DNA from: the human T2T-CHM13v2.0 reference genome, Homo sapiens
Direction: 5' to 3' (one strand)
Assembly (NCBI RefSeq): GCF_009914755.1
Contig: NC_060931.1
DNA: 64,000 bases
The first letter of the stretch is position 1, and each line of letters opens with the position of its first letter. Below, in pieces: positions 44,399 through 57,359 of this stretch. Below the pieces are notes generated by a model that was not told the origin of the DNA, searched no databases, and worked only from the letters and a program-made list of their open reading frames with translations. Both the position numbers and the translations under genes were made by a program.

Positions 44399-45932
44399 TG
44401 CCAGAAATGAAAAGAAATGGCAGCTTGTTTGCACCTGCTTTGATGTCTACTGGCAAGACTTAGTTCAAAGACACATGATTATAGGAGTTCTACAATTCAA
44501 TCCCAACTATTAATAAAAGGGTCATTTGTTTTGTTTTGATTTGATTTGGGTTTTTTCTTTTTTGATAGGTCATAATTTTATAAAATAAATTCTGAATGGC
44601 ACTGCTAAAATTCAACAAAATCCCCCAGCACTTCTGCTTCCTCCCATGTATTCTAATAGAATGCTATTGTGATAGAATAACTTATTCTATCAACAGAAGG
44701 TTGGGCAGATTCAGGCAGCATGCACTTAGGCGATTCTGCAGCATGGAAGCAATTTTACTTGATGAAATACTGAAGACGCCTCTTTCACAGAAAATTCGCC
44801 AGGAAAGGTTCTGTATGTTATCCATTGATAATGCGGTTGTGAGTGACCTGTAGTCAGTCCATCAAGCGTTCATTTGAAGGTCTACATTTCCACAAGGAAT
44901 GTTCTTCCTTCTCTTCAAATTGATAATTAGTTCGATGTCTGTGTATTATTCCTTGTAGACCTATTAATTTAAGTTTACCGCTACTTAGGAAAAGAATTAC
45001 TGCCTTTAAAAGCAACTGTATTAAAATGGGGAGAATGTTATTCAAAAATAGAGAATCCCCTAAGGAAACATTAGGATTAATTAAATAAAGGAATAATATA
45101 TAAGTGCTAGTCAATACTACATAATAGTGCTATTTCAGACAGTGGGTATTGACTTGTAGGACTGTGAATTCTTAGTTTTAATATAAGATTTTATACATCA
45201 TAAAAACATATATTAATCAACTGTGTTCATTTCTTTCATCTTTGGGACATTCCTGTGATCCTGTCAAAATGTTATTCTTCCCCCTGATTATCAAGGTTTT
45301 ATCAATACCCTAAAAATGGGATTGGGAAATACTTTAGGCAGTCAAATGTGACAAGTTAATTTGGTTTTCACATTTACAGCTATATCATCAAAAAAATAAA
45401 CCTGCTTTAAACTGTGGGAGAATGGCAGTTTACAACTGCATTAAAAATACCAAAACGAATGAATTCCATTACTCAAGACACAGTCCTGACAGGTCTGTTG
45501 TTGCTATTTTTTCCAAGTGCCTGTCAATATCATCTGTCCTGACTTGGACTCTACTCTTTGTTGTCTGTATTAATTCCTTCAATGTCCATTCCAAGGAAAC
45601 TCCATTTCTAAATAAAAGTGTAACTCAAAATTATAACTTTCTTTTTTTAAAAAAAAATTATAGTTGAAAAGGCGTGACTACTCTTTAAGAGACAATTTTC
45701 CAATCCCGTTCTTTTCCTTTACATTTGTATACCCTATGGTATACAGCAGGTAAGTACATACATAAATAAAAGACTTGAAAAATAAAACTTGAAATGTGTC
45801 TTTTGGATTGTTTAATGAACAATAAAACACAGCTTTCTGGGGGATTCATGACGATTTGCCCTTTAAATAAATTTTTTCTTACTTTTTTCACATATAACAG
45901 TTTTTAAATTCATCTTTCAATAAAACATTGTT

Positions 45933-46075
45933 ATGGAGTTACACTGCTTCGTGTTGAATCCTGGACCAGCACTTCTTAGCTGTGTGGTTATTGGCATGTA
46001 ATTTACCCCATAGTCGCTCATATTCCTATTCTGTATACAGTTCTTTCATAGGGTTTTGCTTAAAATATTAAATAT
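45933..46075 (+). mobile_element. MIR fragment
   Basis: ttgaatcctgg...cacttcttagctgtgtg...ttggcatgta core. Confidence 0.65.
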
Positions 46076-46449
46076 TCAATTAATACACCTAGAAGAAGCA
46101 TATTCTAAACCTCTACATAAGTTTTATAAAATAATGTAATCCGCTTTAGGGTTTATCAGTTATAAGGTTCACAAATACCTGTTTTGAATTTTTGGTGTAT
46201 TTTTATCCTAAAAAGCCATTTTAGTCTCTAAGATTGGTAAAGCTTTTACAGCTTATACATTGTTAGACTTAATTTACATTCTTTTTAATGTAAGGATTAT
46301 GACCACTCTTGATGCAGATATTATAGTCCTATATTTAAAAAGAGAAATTTGAGACCACAGGATGCTCTAGCATGAAAGTGTATCAAAAACATCCATTCTG
46401 TTTGGCATTGTTTGTCCACAATAACAAGCAAATGCAGTGAGAAAGATGA

Positions 46450-46665
46450 ATAATAATTACCACTGACTGAGCTAAACATGGTACATGCATTATTTTTCAT
46501 CTTAGCAGCAATTCAATAAGATTATTTGTTATTATAGCTACCTTCATAGAGATGAGGAACCTGAGGATTTATAGGGGGTAACTACAATACCCAATAAGCG
46601 ACTGAAAAGGAACAAAAACCCAAATATCTTGATTCCGATGCACTGATCTTTACCTCCACCCACTG
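46450..46665 (-). mobile_element. MIR fragment
   Basis: agatgaggaacctgagg core in antisense context. Confidence 0.6.
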
Positions 46666-48285
46666 AACCAAAATACTTTCTAAAAAACGATAAATGATTC
46701 CTGTTAAACCAATTGAGCCACTCTAGTGGCATCACAGCTTATTAAGTATACAGCTTATTAAGCCAAAACATAATAAGCATAATTCTTAGTGACTAAACAC
46801 ATTTATAGTATGTAATGTATATAGATGAATGACTTCCTGTATTCTTGGACCTTTATTTTCTGTCACTCTGATATTAATTTTGAGAATTGCGACCCAACAC
46901 CTTTCTCATGTTTTTTCTAAAACTGTGTCAACCGTTATCTCATGTATACACGCACAATGCGCCATCAGTTAAATACATATATATGTTTAATTGCATGCCA
47001 TTTGCCATATTATATTTACAATGTTTGTATTAAGGACTTTGTGATACCCTATAGTTGAAGTTCTAGTTCTATGTACATGTAAGCAATAAATTCTGTATTG
47101 ATTACTTCTTAATATATCATCATATTATCCTCAAGAATTCATTTTTAAGTGATTTTTATAAACAAATAAAAATTTTAATATCAAATAGTTATAGAGAGTT
47201 CTTTTGACTAAACAGAGAATGATGCTTAAACAAAGGAAACAAATATACTGACACATTTTTGAATACATAAGTTGATATTCATATTGATTAAGAAAAATAT
47301 TCAGGGCACCTTTTGTTTTAAATAGAGCTATCATATTTGAAATATGTATTGCTTATCAAAACAATTCAAATAATTAAATGAAATAAGTTCCTAGACTAAA
47401 AATAAAATGTTGAAATTTGATAGTTTAAATATGTAAAATATTATAAACATTGTAAATATTCAGTGCTGTGTGAGAGAACATTTTAGCCAATCCTTTTAAT
47501 AAAAGACAGTAACAATGTCTCATATATCTGGGTCTAATTGAATGATTGGTTTTGCCATAAGTAAATACTTGTATAACCATAATACCCTTTTGACTGAATT
47601 TATATTGTTAGACTTGTCCAGACATAGCAAAGTAAATCTAATCATGGTTAAAGAATAAAGTGTAAGCATTACAAGTCAAAAATCAGTAAAATTGCCAATA
47701 TTTTAGAAAAGAAGAGGTCAGAAAGAAGTGATTTCTTCATCCTTTCAACTTGGGAGCTAAAAACACAATACCTGAAGTTGAGAAATCAAAAAAAAATTTA
47801 ATTCATAAAATCTAGTAATAGAATAAAATAATTTCAATTAAAAACTTGAAGTGAATTGATGGTAAAATTGATTTAATTCCTGTTATTTAAAATGAGGAGT
47901 GAATTAAATTCAACTCCAGTAGATAAATAAAAAAATTGACAAATAAGTATATTATTTAAATTTATAAAGGCAAATACCAGAGACACCAAAATCTAGTCAC
48001 TATTAACAATGATTACTTCTGATGAGCTAAAGTGGAAGAAAGGGCAAGGATCAGTGATTATTCAATTAAGACAATTCTAGATAGATTTCTGTTTTGTTCT
48101 TGCTGATGTTTTGGATCATAGTAGGTAATGTTAAAACTAATAATAATAACAATTTCTGTTTCCAAATAGTCTTTGTCACAAATTTAAACCACATTTGTTA
48201 AGATTGCTTTATAGAAGTTTTCCAAAAATCCCCCTTATTTGGCTTTATGGAGAAAGGCAGAGCAAAATAATAGTTTGAAACAGAT

Positions 48286-48352
48286 CATATACATATATAT
48301 GTGTATATATGTGTGTGTGTGTGTATGTGTGTGTGTACACATACACATATAT
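48286..48352. repeat. Compound (TA)n(TG)n(CA)n simple repeat
   Basis: Direct reading. Confidence 0.85.
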
Positions 48353-48885
48353 AGTTTTACTGTGTTTTAATTTCATATATATATTCATCTGAATATTAAA
48401 GACATGAATTTGAAGAAAATGTATTGTTATTTTTTAATTACCACAAGTATATTATTTGATATGCTTCTTAAAGCATCTATTGTAGACATATAAAGATATA
48501 TATGTAATTGTGTGTTAAACATTATTTGACTACTTCAGGTATACCTAAGAAAGATGCTGATTAACTTCCCAAAGAAATAACTGCCTAACAAACAATATTT
48601 TTTACACTGAAGTGAAATTCACATAACATAAAATTAACCATTTTAAAGCGTACAAGTCAGTGTCATTTAGTATTAATGCATCCTCAATTTTATTCAACCA
48701 CCACCTTTATCTGGTTTCCAAACCTTTTATTCACTACAAAGAAAACCTCATACTCATTACACAGTAACTCTTCATTCACCTTTTCCTCCCAGTCTTAGGC
48801 AAAACCAATGTACTTTCTGACTCTGTGGATTTACCTACTCTGGATATTTCATAGAAATTGAAATGAATTAATACAATATGTGTTA

Positions 48886-49099
48886 CCTCCTCCTCCTCCT
48901 TCTCTTCTTCCTTCCTTCTTCCTTCTTCCTTCTTTCTTCTTTTCTTCTTCCTTCTTCTTCTTCTTCTTCCTCCTCTTCTTCTTCTTCTTCTTCTTCTTCT
49001 TCTTCTTCTTCTTCTTCTTCTTCTTCTTCTTCTTCTTCTCCTTCTCCTTCCCCTCCTCCTCCTCCTTCTCTTTCTCCTTCTCCTTCTCCTTCTTCTTCT
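48886..49099. repeat. 214-nt pure pyrimidine tract with (CTT)21 at 48975-49037, in the Alu tail position
   Basis: Only C and T on the plus strand; directly abuts the tail end of an antisense Alu. Confidence 0.97.
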
Positions 49100-49399
49100 A
49101 TTTTTTTTTCAAGATACAGTCTGGCTCTGTCATCCAGGCAGAAGTGCAGTGGCACAATCTTGGCTCACTGCACCCTTAACTTCCCATGCTCAAGTGATCC
49201 TCCTGCCTCAGCTTTCCAAGTAGCTGGGGCAACAAGCACACACCACCCCTCCTGTCTAATGTATATTTTTAAAATATTTTGTATAAACGAGGTCTCCCTG
49301 TGTTGCCCAGGCTGATCTTGAATTCCTGGCCTCAAGCAATCCTTCCACCTCAGCCTCCAAGAGTGTTAGAATTACAGGTGTGAGCCACCACGCCTAGCC
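49100..49399 (-). mobile_element. AluJ
   Basis: gctcaagtgatcctcctgcctcag, gtgttgcccaggctg, ggcctcaagcaatcc (J diagnostics). Confidence 0.93.
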
Positions 49400-51008
49400 T
49401 GGCTGCTTTCACTTAGCATGACATTTTAAATTTTCATCTATGTTATAGCATGTTTCATAGTACATTGTTTCCTTTTTATTGAAGAGTTGTATTCCATTGT
49501 ATGTATATATCACATTTATTTATTAATTTATCCTATGATGGATATTGGCTTGTTTCTGCCTTTTCGCTATTGTGAATAGTGCTATAATCACCATTTTTGT
49601 ACAAATATTTGTACTTAGAGGTGGAATTACTGGGTTATATGGTAATTATATGCTTAGTTTTTTGAAGAACTGTTTTCCACAATGACTGGACCACTTTACA
49701 TTTCCACTACCAGTATACTAGGGTAACAAATTTTTCACATCCTCATCAAATTAATATTTGCATTATTTTAAACTACAGGCATTCTAGAGAGTATGAAGTA
49801 GTTTCTCATTGTGGTTTTGATTTGTGTTTTCCTAATGACTAATATTGCTGAACATTTTTTCTCATGCTCTTTGGCCATTTGTTTATCATTTTTAGAGAAA
49901 TGTCTGCTTGGGTACTTTACCCATTTTTTAATCAGGTTGTTATTTAGTTGTAACTGTTCTCTATCTTGGATATTAGAACCAACCCATTTTGTAGGTTGTC
50001 TTGTCACTTTTTTGATATGTCCTTTGGTATAAAAGTTTCTAATTTTGATAAAGTCCAATATCTCTATTCTTCTTTTGCCACGTGTGGTTTGGGTGTCATA
50101 TCTAAGAATCCGTTGCCAAATCTAAATCATGAGAAGTACCTCGACATTTTCTTCTAATATTTTTATAGTTTTAGTTCTCACATATAGGTTGTTGGTGCCA
50201 CTTGAGTTAATGCTTCCAAATCGTGTGAGGTAGGAAACCAACTTTATTCTTCTGCGTTGGGAAACCAGTAGTTCCAACATTATTGGTTGAAAATCCTACC
50301 ATTTCTCTATTAAACAGACTTGACAGATTGGGAAAACTTAACTTTTTTTCTGCTATTTGTTTCTAGCTTCATTCCGTTGTGGTTGGGGAAAATACTTTTT
50401 ATTATTTCAGTCATTGTGGAATTTATGGTGACCTGTTTTGTAACCTAACATATGGTCTATTTGTGAGAATGTTACATGTGCTCATGAGAAAAATGTATAT
50501 TCTGCTGTTTTTATGTGCAATGTTCTACATGTATCTGTTAGACTTCATTGGCTTATAGTGTTTCAAGCCCTCTATTTCCTTATCAATATTCTGTCAAGTT
50601 GTTCTATCCATTTTTGAAAGTTGTTCTTAAAGTTGCCAATTATTATTATAGGACTATTTTCCTCTGAAGTTTTGTCAACATTTGCTTCATATATTTTTGG
50701 GCTTATTTATTTGGTGGTCATATAAGTATTATATCTTTCCAATGAGTTGAAACTTTTATCAGTATACAACAACCTTCTTTGAGTCTTGCACCATTTCGAT
50801 GATGTCTCTCTCCACACAGTAGTTTGAGGTAAACAATGGGACGAGGGTAATGAGAAGACATGTAAATATTCTATTTTTTTTCCTGGCTGTATTTGTAACC
50901 AACTATTTTTTAGGCTGCTTAGTTTAAATATTCTAACCAAAAAATTAGAGAGAACAATATAACTTTTAATGTGGTACTTCAGAAATAAGTTATTTGATGA
51001 TATAATGA

Positions 51009-51209
<201 letters not shown>

Positions 51210-51219
51210 TGAGGAATCA

Positions 51220-52065
51220 ATTTATGCATTTATTCTGCAAATATTTGTCCAGCACTTATTAACTGGAAATTCATTAATGAGAAAACACCCTTTATTTTAT
51301 TTACATTCTAGACATGGGAGACAAATAATAATAAGGTAAAAAATAAACTATACAATATATCAAATTATACAAAGTGCAAGGAGAAAAATAAAATAATAAA
51401 GGAGGTTAACATAAAGCACCCAACTTACACTTAGGAGATTTCAACTTAACTTGACCGCTCTGAGCTAAACCTAGCCCCAAACCCACTCCACCTTACTACC
51501 AAACAGAGTGTGAGAATGAAAGAAATGCAACTTTCAATCACTAAGAAGGTGATTTTGAGCTAGAATGTGGTAGGTGAAGGTCTCAGTCATACATAAATCT
51601 GAGTAAAAAGCATTTCGGGCTGAGGAAAAAACAAGGGAAAAAGGCCTGAGGCAGCCATGTGCCTGGAGAAGCAGAGCAAGAGTAAGGTGGTGAGTTCCTA
51701 AAATATGATGAGTGAAATGTTTTTTTTTTTTTTCCAGTTCTAAGGGATAAATTTAGACAGAAAGAGGTTAGATTATAAGCCATTAAAACATTGTAATAAC
51801 TTTGGTTTTAATATACATATGAGAAGCCACTTGAGGGTCAAAACTCTGAAAAGATAAGAAGTGTCACGCTCAAACTTCCAGTTTTAAAAGATCACTGTAA
51901 ATGAGCAAATTGGAGGATTCAGCAACAAAAGTGGAAACAGCACATTTCAGAGACTATTGCAAAAACCCTTAGGAAAACTGACGGTGCTTTGGCCCAAGCT
52001 ATTAGGACTGGGGATGGAATGAAGTGATTGGATTCTAGATACACTTTTTGAGAATAGCGGTACAA
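51220..52065 (-). mobile_element. L2a, host of the NUMT
   Basis: catttattctgcaaatatttg...ttacattctag...ggagacaaataata...tgaagtgattggattctagatac. Confidence 0.8.
51406..51505 (+). pseudogene. NUMT: mitochondrial tRNA-Val (lacking its first 11 nt, 51406-51463) plus 5' end of 16S rRNA (from 51464)
   Basis: ttaacataaagcacccaacttacacttaggagatttcaacttaacttgaccgctctga|gctaaacctagccccaaacccactccaccttactacca matches human mtDNA about 1613-1708/1712 (MT-TV/MT-RNR2), with 1-2 differences from the recalled rCRS. Confidence 0.97.
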
Positions 52066-52363
52066 TATCTTCTGGCATAGTATTTCACTTATGGAATGTA
52101 TTACATGGAAATAATCACATGTCATCAAAAGGATTAGCAGCAAAAGTTTTCCAGGAAGTTCACTGAATTATTATTTGTACTAGTTACTATGGTAACAACC
52201 TATATAAGCAATGCACATTCATTAGTGATAAACTAGACATTTCTAGAAAATAAGTAAATAACTTCTTACTCAACAGTATAAGTTATTCCATTTCATGAGT
52301 TACCTTTGATCCATTTTGTACTTACTGTTTGATGAATATAGCTTTTATTAAAAGAAAATTTTA

Positions 52364-52401
52364 GGCCGGGCATGGTGGCTTACACTTCTAATTCCAGCAC
52401 T
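52364..52401 (+). mobile_element. 38-bp Alu 5' stub
   Basis: ggccgggcatggtggcttacacttctaattccagcact followed by non-Alu sequence. Confidence 0.85.
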
Positions 52402-52587
52402 AAATGTTTCTCATAAACACTGCATTGATAGATCCATTTCAATATTGGACTTTCCATTGACTGTGCTAATGGTTACAAGAGAACATGGGCATTTGAAAAA
52501 TAAAATGTTACTACCATAGATGATTCTTTATATTTAAATCCAAGAAGCAGCCTGTTAAAGATTAAAAAGGACATTTCTGGAGTTTCA

Positions 52588-52783
52588 CAGTGGGATGCTG
52601 AAACCAAGTGGAATCTGCTATAGAGAGCCAATTGTTAAATATTCAGGAATGTTTCAAGCCAGTTGGCAGCATTGGTGGTTTAAAATTAACTATGGTGGGA
52701 GTATTTACACCACAGAAATTGGTAAGTGCTACAGATAGGGCCCTCACAGAGCCATTTTTTAAACATTTATCAGCATACAACTG
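52588..52783 (+). mobile_element. hAT MITE (MER63-like)
   Basis: Terminal inverted repeats cagtgggatgctg / cagcatacaactg; internal gagagccaattgttaaa and ggagtatttacaccacagaaattgg. Confidence 0.85.
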
Positions 52784-53959
52784 AATAGAGGTGCTTTATT
52801 GTACATAACACAAAGATTGGAAAAACAAACTTAGCATGTAAGGTACATCAGAGATAGTTCAAATATAGTTCAAAATATAGTTCAGCATAAATGTATTTTA
52901 GGTAGTTTATGCCTTAAACCAATTTTCAATTTTAATAATGCATTAAGAATGTATAATACTTTTAGAAATACATTAAGTATTTGCTGCCATTCTGCATATG
53001 TTAAACACTTCTCCAAGTATGCCTTCTAATGAAGGAAGAATAAAACTTGCACAAGCCCTAAATATTTAGTGATGTGAGAAATTAGCCAACCCAATTTCAA
53101 AATAGGCAACACATTTCTTCTTCAAAATATATTACAAGGCATCAGACAATAATCAAATTCCTCCAAATTTTACTTACAGACTTGAATATCTCTGTTCATC
53201 TTTTAAAGACCATGTGGCAAAATTGCTTACCAACAGGATTTGTAGCAACTGAAACTGCAGACACCAAAAAGTCAGATACAGCAATTGTTTTGGAAATATC
53301 CATCATAGTCACCTGATTGCTCCTTCTACCACTTTCCTTTTCAGAGTTTTTCTTTCAGAACCTGTGTCTGGTGACTTTCCTGTTCAGTAGTAAATTGTCT
53401 TTGTTTCATTAAATTTATGAGATTTTCATCACATAAAATAGCCTCAGACAGAATCATTTTTGATCTGTCCATTAAGATTTAGCCAGATGGGTCTGCTGTG
53501 ATGCCTCAACCAGCCATGCTCTGTTTTGCCAGCACATCACACCTTCACTACAGGGGGAATAAAAAAGCAAATCACCTATTAGTTGTTTTAATAGAGAGGT
53601 TTAAAATATAAATAGTGGCTGTTTTTCAAACCATTTTAAAATTTATTTTTGAATGATTCTAAGTGCTTAGACTTGCAAATAAACACATGCCTATTATATT
53701 TAAAATATTTTTTAAAATGCTTACATTATTTTTGTAGGTAGCTTTACCACTAAATTTATAGTAACATCTTTAAGACAAATGCAACTCTTACAAATTGTAA
53801 AGTCTATTTGTGAGAGTTTTAGGGGTTCTTTCACTCTTCAAATAAGGACTGTCTATTCACTCATAGCACCATGCTCCTTGTTAACAGGGAAAGCTGCCTG
53901 GTGCTGACACTTGTTCTTATAGATAAGGGGTGCCAGACTGCTGTGGTTGGGACCATCAA

Positions 53960-54180
53960 TGTCAGAGGCACACTGGGTTTGAATCCCAACTAGACTTCAC
54001 TTAAGTTACATGAATGTAGGGGAGTGACACAACTTCTTTATCCACAGTTTCTGCACTAGAAAATCCAAGTAAAAGTGGGACCTACCCCACAGGGGTTTTG
54101 TTTGTTTTTAGTATTAAATGATATCACATGTATCAACTGTATGCACTATATGCATTTTCTATTGCTACAATTGTTATCGT
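53960..54180 (+). mobile_element. MIR SINE
   Basis: ctgggtttgaatccc...cagtttct...acctacccc acagggg...tattaaatga. Confidence 0.75.
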
Positions 54181-54569
54181 TAAGATTATTAAGACATTAG
54201 AAACATTTTGCTAAGAGAGTAAGAATTATTAATTTATTCAATGCACATGGATGCTTATTCTATCTGGATTACTGGATTACTATTACTGTCCTTTCCATCG
54301 GTTACATTTTTCATCCACTCACACTCATCCTACTCACTGAGTATTTACTCCTTTAGGGGCATAAATGATATCTTATGATTCACTTTTATCCCCCATGGCA
54401 GATAACCCAGAATTTCACATAGTATTTACCTGTCTATCATGATAAATGTGACTAGAACCAGGATCACAAGTTCCTGAAACACAGAGTATCTTGTTTGTAC
54501 CAAGCTCTTAAGAACATTGCAAGTAAAGTCACATCTTCATTTAAAGGATTTGGGAGTTAAATCTTGACA

Positions 54570-54750
54570 TCCATGTTCCTGGGTGATCTCAGGACTACCT
54601 GAGTCTATTTCACTTGGAATTATGGTTAAAATCAGATTTTAAGGCTCCATCTCAGATTTACTAAACCAGAGTCTGGAAACCAGAGACCTTGGAAGCATGC
54701 TATTCAGCTCCCCTAGGTGGTTATTATTTCCATTAAAGTTTGGCAGTTTG
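54570..54750. mobile_element. MER5-like hAT MITE
   Basis: gttaaaatcagatt...ggctccatctcagatttactaaaccagagt...gctcccctaggtgg...taaagtttg. Confidence 0.65.
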
Positions 54751-54923
54751 ATCTCTCACCTCCTACTTGCTTAACTAGGCTCAACAACTATTGGGTTCCA
54801 GGGAACTTTCTTTGCTCGCTTAGAAAAACACAAAAATACTAACAATTGGTCTTTTAGGCACTCCCTAAGGTTCACTTTTTGGATATTATTCATAGTATCC
54901 TCAAAAATCCTTCCTAGTTTACT

Positions 54924-55290
54924 GCATTAGTTATGCCACAATAAGGAGGCATAACAAACAACCACAAAAATCTTAGCAGCATACAAAAGTAAGCATTTCT
55001 TTAACTCAGACCTGGGTTTGGCTGGGTAGTCTGCCTCCACTACGTGTGTTTCTCATCTTCTTCCTTTAACCAGTGAGTTAGTCCAAAGTAAGTTCTCATA
55101 ACAATAACAGCGATGCCAGATCCCAAAAGTTTAGGCACATTTCTAATTTGCTGAGTCAAGTCTTCTAATATTCCATTGGCAAGAGCAAGCCATACATCCA
55201 AATCCAACAGGAACAGAACTTGGAGGTATACATTTTCCATGGTAATGGTGGGAGGTTATTGTCTCTCTGAAAACTATCCAACTGAACACA
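54924..55290 (-). mobile_element. Old MaLR LTR (MLT1H-K-like)
   Basis: gcataacaaacaaccacaaaaatcttag, ccattggcaagagcaagccata. Confidence 0.7.
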
Positions 55291-57359
55291 TTGGCCTGAG
55301 TAGCTTTGCTTTATTTTCCTAGTAACCTCTTTGGCCTTCTAGTTTCTCCTACTTAAGGAGAAATTAAGGATGTCTCAAAAAATTAAATTCTAAACTAAGA
55401 CAGTCTCACCTACATGACTACATTCGACAAATAAGAAAAAAAGGAAAATAACATAAAGTTGCAGTTTTTCTATCATATTCTAGAAAGATGTCTTTCTGGT
55501 TTTTTTCCTATTTGAATTCCTATACCCTACTACATAGTGTAATTGTGAACTTTTTATTTTTCCTAATAGGATAAGGCATGAGTATGTGAGATTATGTGTG
55601 TGACACAGAGCTAAATTATAACTCTCGGTTTCACAGCTGTGCTCCGAATTGCTCTAATACTATTACTATGGCATTCAGTACAACAAATGTTTCAGGAAAA
55701 ATATTTTCAATATTGTTAAATTCCAACATTAATGTGAGCATTTGTGATGATTCCCCTGAAACAATTTGATAAATACAAAAGTAGTGAATATTTCATACAA
55801 ACCTAAATGGTTTATTTTTAAAATGTTCAGATTAGATAATAATTTTGTGTTTCTTAATTTGATTTAATATGCATTCAAGATTTTAAAGCTAATCTTTTGG
55901 CATTTTTTCAGCATTAAAACACTATTTGGAATGTCACATTTTAGACTATTTTCACTGGCTAATATTGCACATGTTTTGGGACTTAAAGGGAAAATTATGG
56001 CTATGGTTTCAATAATACAATTCAATTCAGTAATGACTGATCTCCCAGACACCCTGCCGATGTTTGAATGAATATATGATATTCAAATGTAGTCTTTTTT
56101 AATATTCTAGAAAGACAAAGATAATTTTCAAGGGCAGGGATTTTTGCCTCATTTATTGTTATATTTCTGATACCTGATTTCTAGAAGAGGAGGTACTGTT
56201 CACAATTTTGTTGAATGGCTGTTGAAATTGAATGCAATCAAATATATTTAGCAGTATGAACAATGTGTTATGCAATCACAAAACAAATAACTTGATGAAA
56301 ATTTAAAATAGAGCTATGATGATTCTAGATCATTAATTTCCTATAAGTGATATATTTATGCCTGAGAAGAACATAAATGTCAAGAATCATTTTGTGTTAA
56401 TTTCCACTTTTATGTTCATTAGGAAGAGTAATCAGAAAAAAAGGGTGTGTGTTCCTTTGTGATTTGGGGGTCATCACCCTTTGAGAAAATAACAGCCTAT
56501 GGGAGCTTTATCTATAATAAATTCATTTACATGCAATTTTTATGAAATTCCAGGGCTCCATGAAACTCTGAGCCCTATTCATATGTCACAGTGACTCTAG
56601 GTTAAAAGATATTGAGTCACAGTATTGTTATCCAACCAAAGGATCTAGTGGTATGTAACACATCTCGTAGTCATCCTCAGATTACTAGAATACTTCAGAC
56701 TCCCAGAGGAACTGGAGTAGTTACTGTGTTTATATGCAACCCCAGGAGTCTCTATCAGACACAGCGGAGGTCAGGAAGTGCTGTATGTTATTCAGTTTTT
56801 CCCTGAGACAAATGTGCTGCACGTGTCACACTCATATTTCAATTACCAGGCTACAACCTTATTTGATAAGCGGGCAGTGAGAAGAGGAAGAGAGCACACA
56901 ACAGGTAAACCACGAAGACCGCAAATAGCTCAGTTCCCTTAAAAAGGAAAGCTAGAGTGGCTAAGAAAAGAACCACTTAGCCCTAACCTTGTTCAGAAAC
57001 TGTAAGGTAATACTACCCTGTACAAATGAGAAAACGTAGATGCTCTGCAAACCACAAGTCTGATAAGGCTTTGTAGCTCCTGAAGCTCCTGAAAACCTGT
57101 GGCCCTTTATACTAACTAGTGTTTGCAGCCCAGAGCGCATAAAAAGCCATCATCAGGCCCCTCAATGACCTGCTACACTGTCTGCAAACCCACTTGCGCT
57201 CACCTTCTCCTCCATCCTGCCTATTACAGGAGAAGAAATAATCTCTTCACCTACCAAAGCCCATCCTTTCTCGCCCTACTTCAAGCTTTCCTCCCCACTG
57301 ATTCGTTTTCTCCACATCATCACTCTCAAGTCTCTTCTTTTTACAGAAAATTCTGAAGA

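Larger units (their letters stand above)
48598..50790 (-). mobile_element. L1MB-like 3' end and further antisense L1 fragments, interrupted by AluJ
   Basis: gtgaaattcacataacataaaattaaccattttaaag terminus; minus ORF 49768-50058 is degenerate ORF2 C-terminus. Confidence 0.85.

Noticed and set aside
44596-44853. 85-aa ORF as a coding exon
   Set aside because: No recognisable protein similarity in any frame I read, and no strong splice sites.
48878-49315. Poly-Ser, poly-Glu and poly-Phe ORFs (also 60276-60649)
   Set aside because: These are translation artefacts of stop-free CTT/CCT tracts plus Alu.
51406-51463. Functional tRNA-Val gene
   Set aside because: It is a mitochondrial-type sequence in nuclear context and lacks the 5' acceptor strand.
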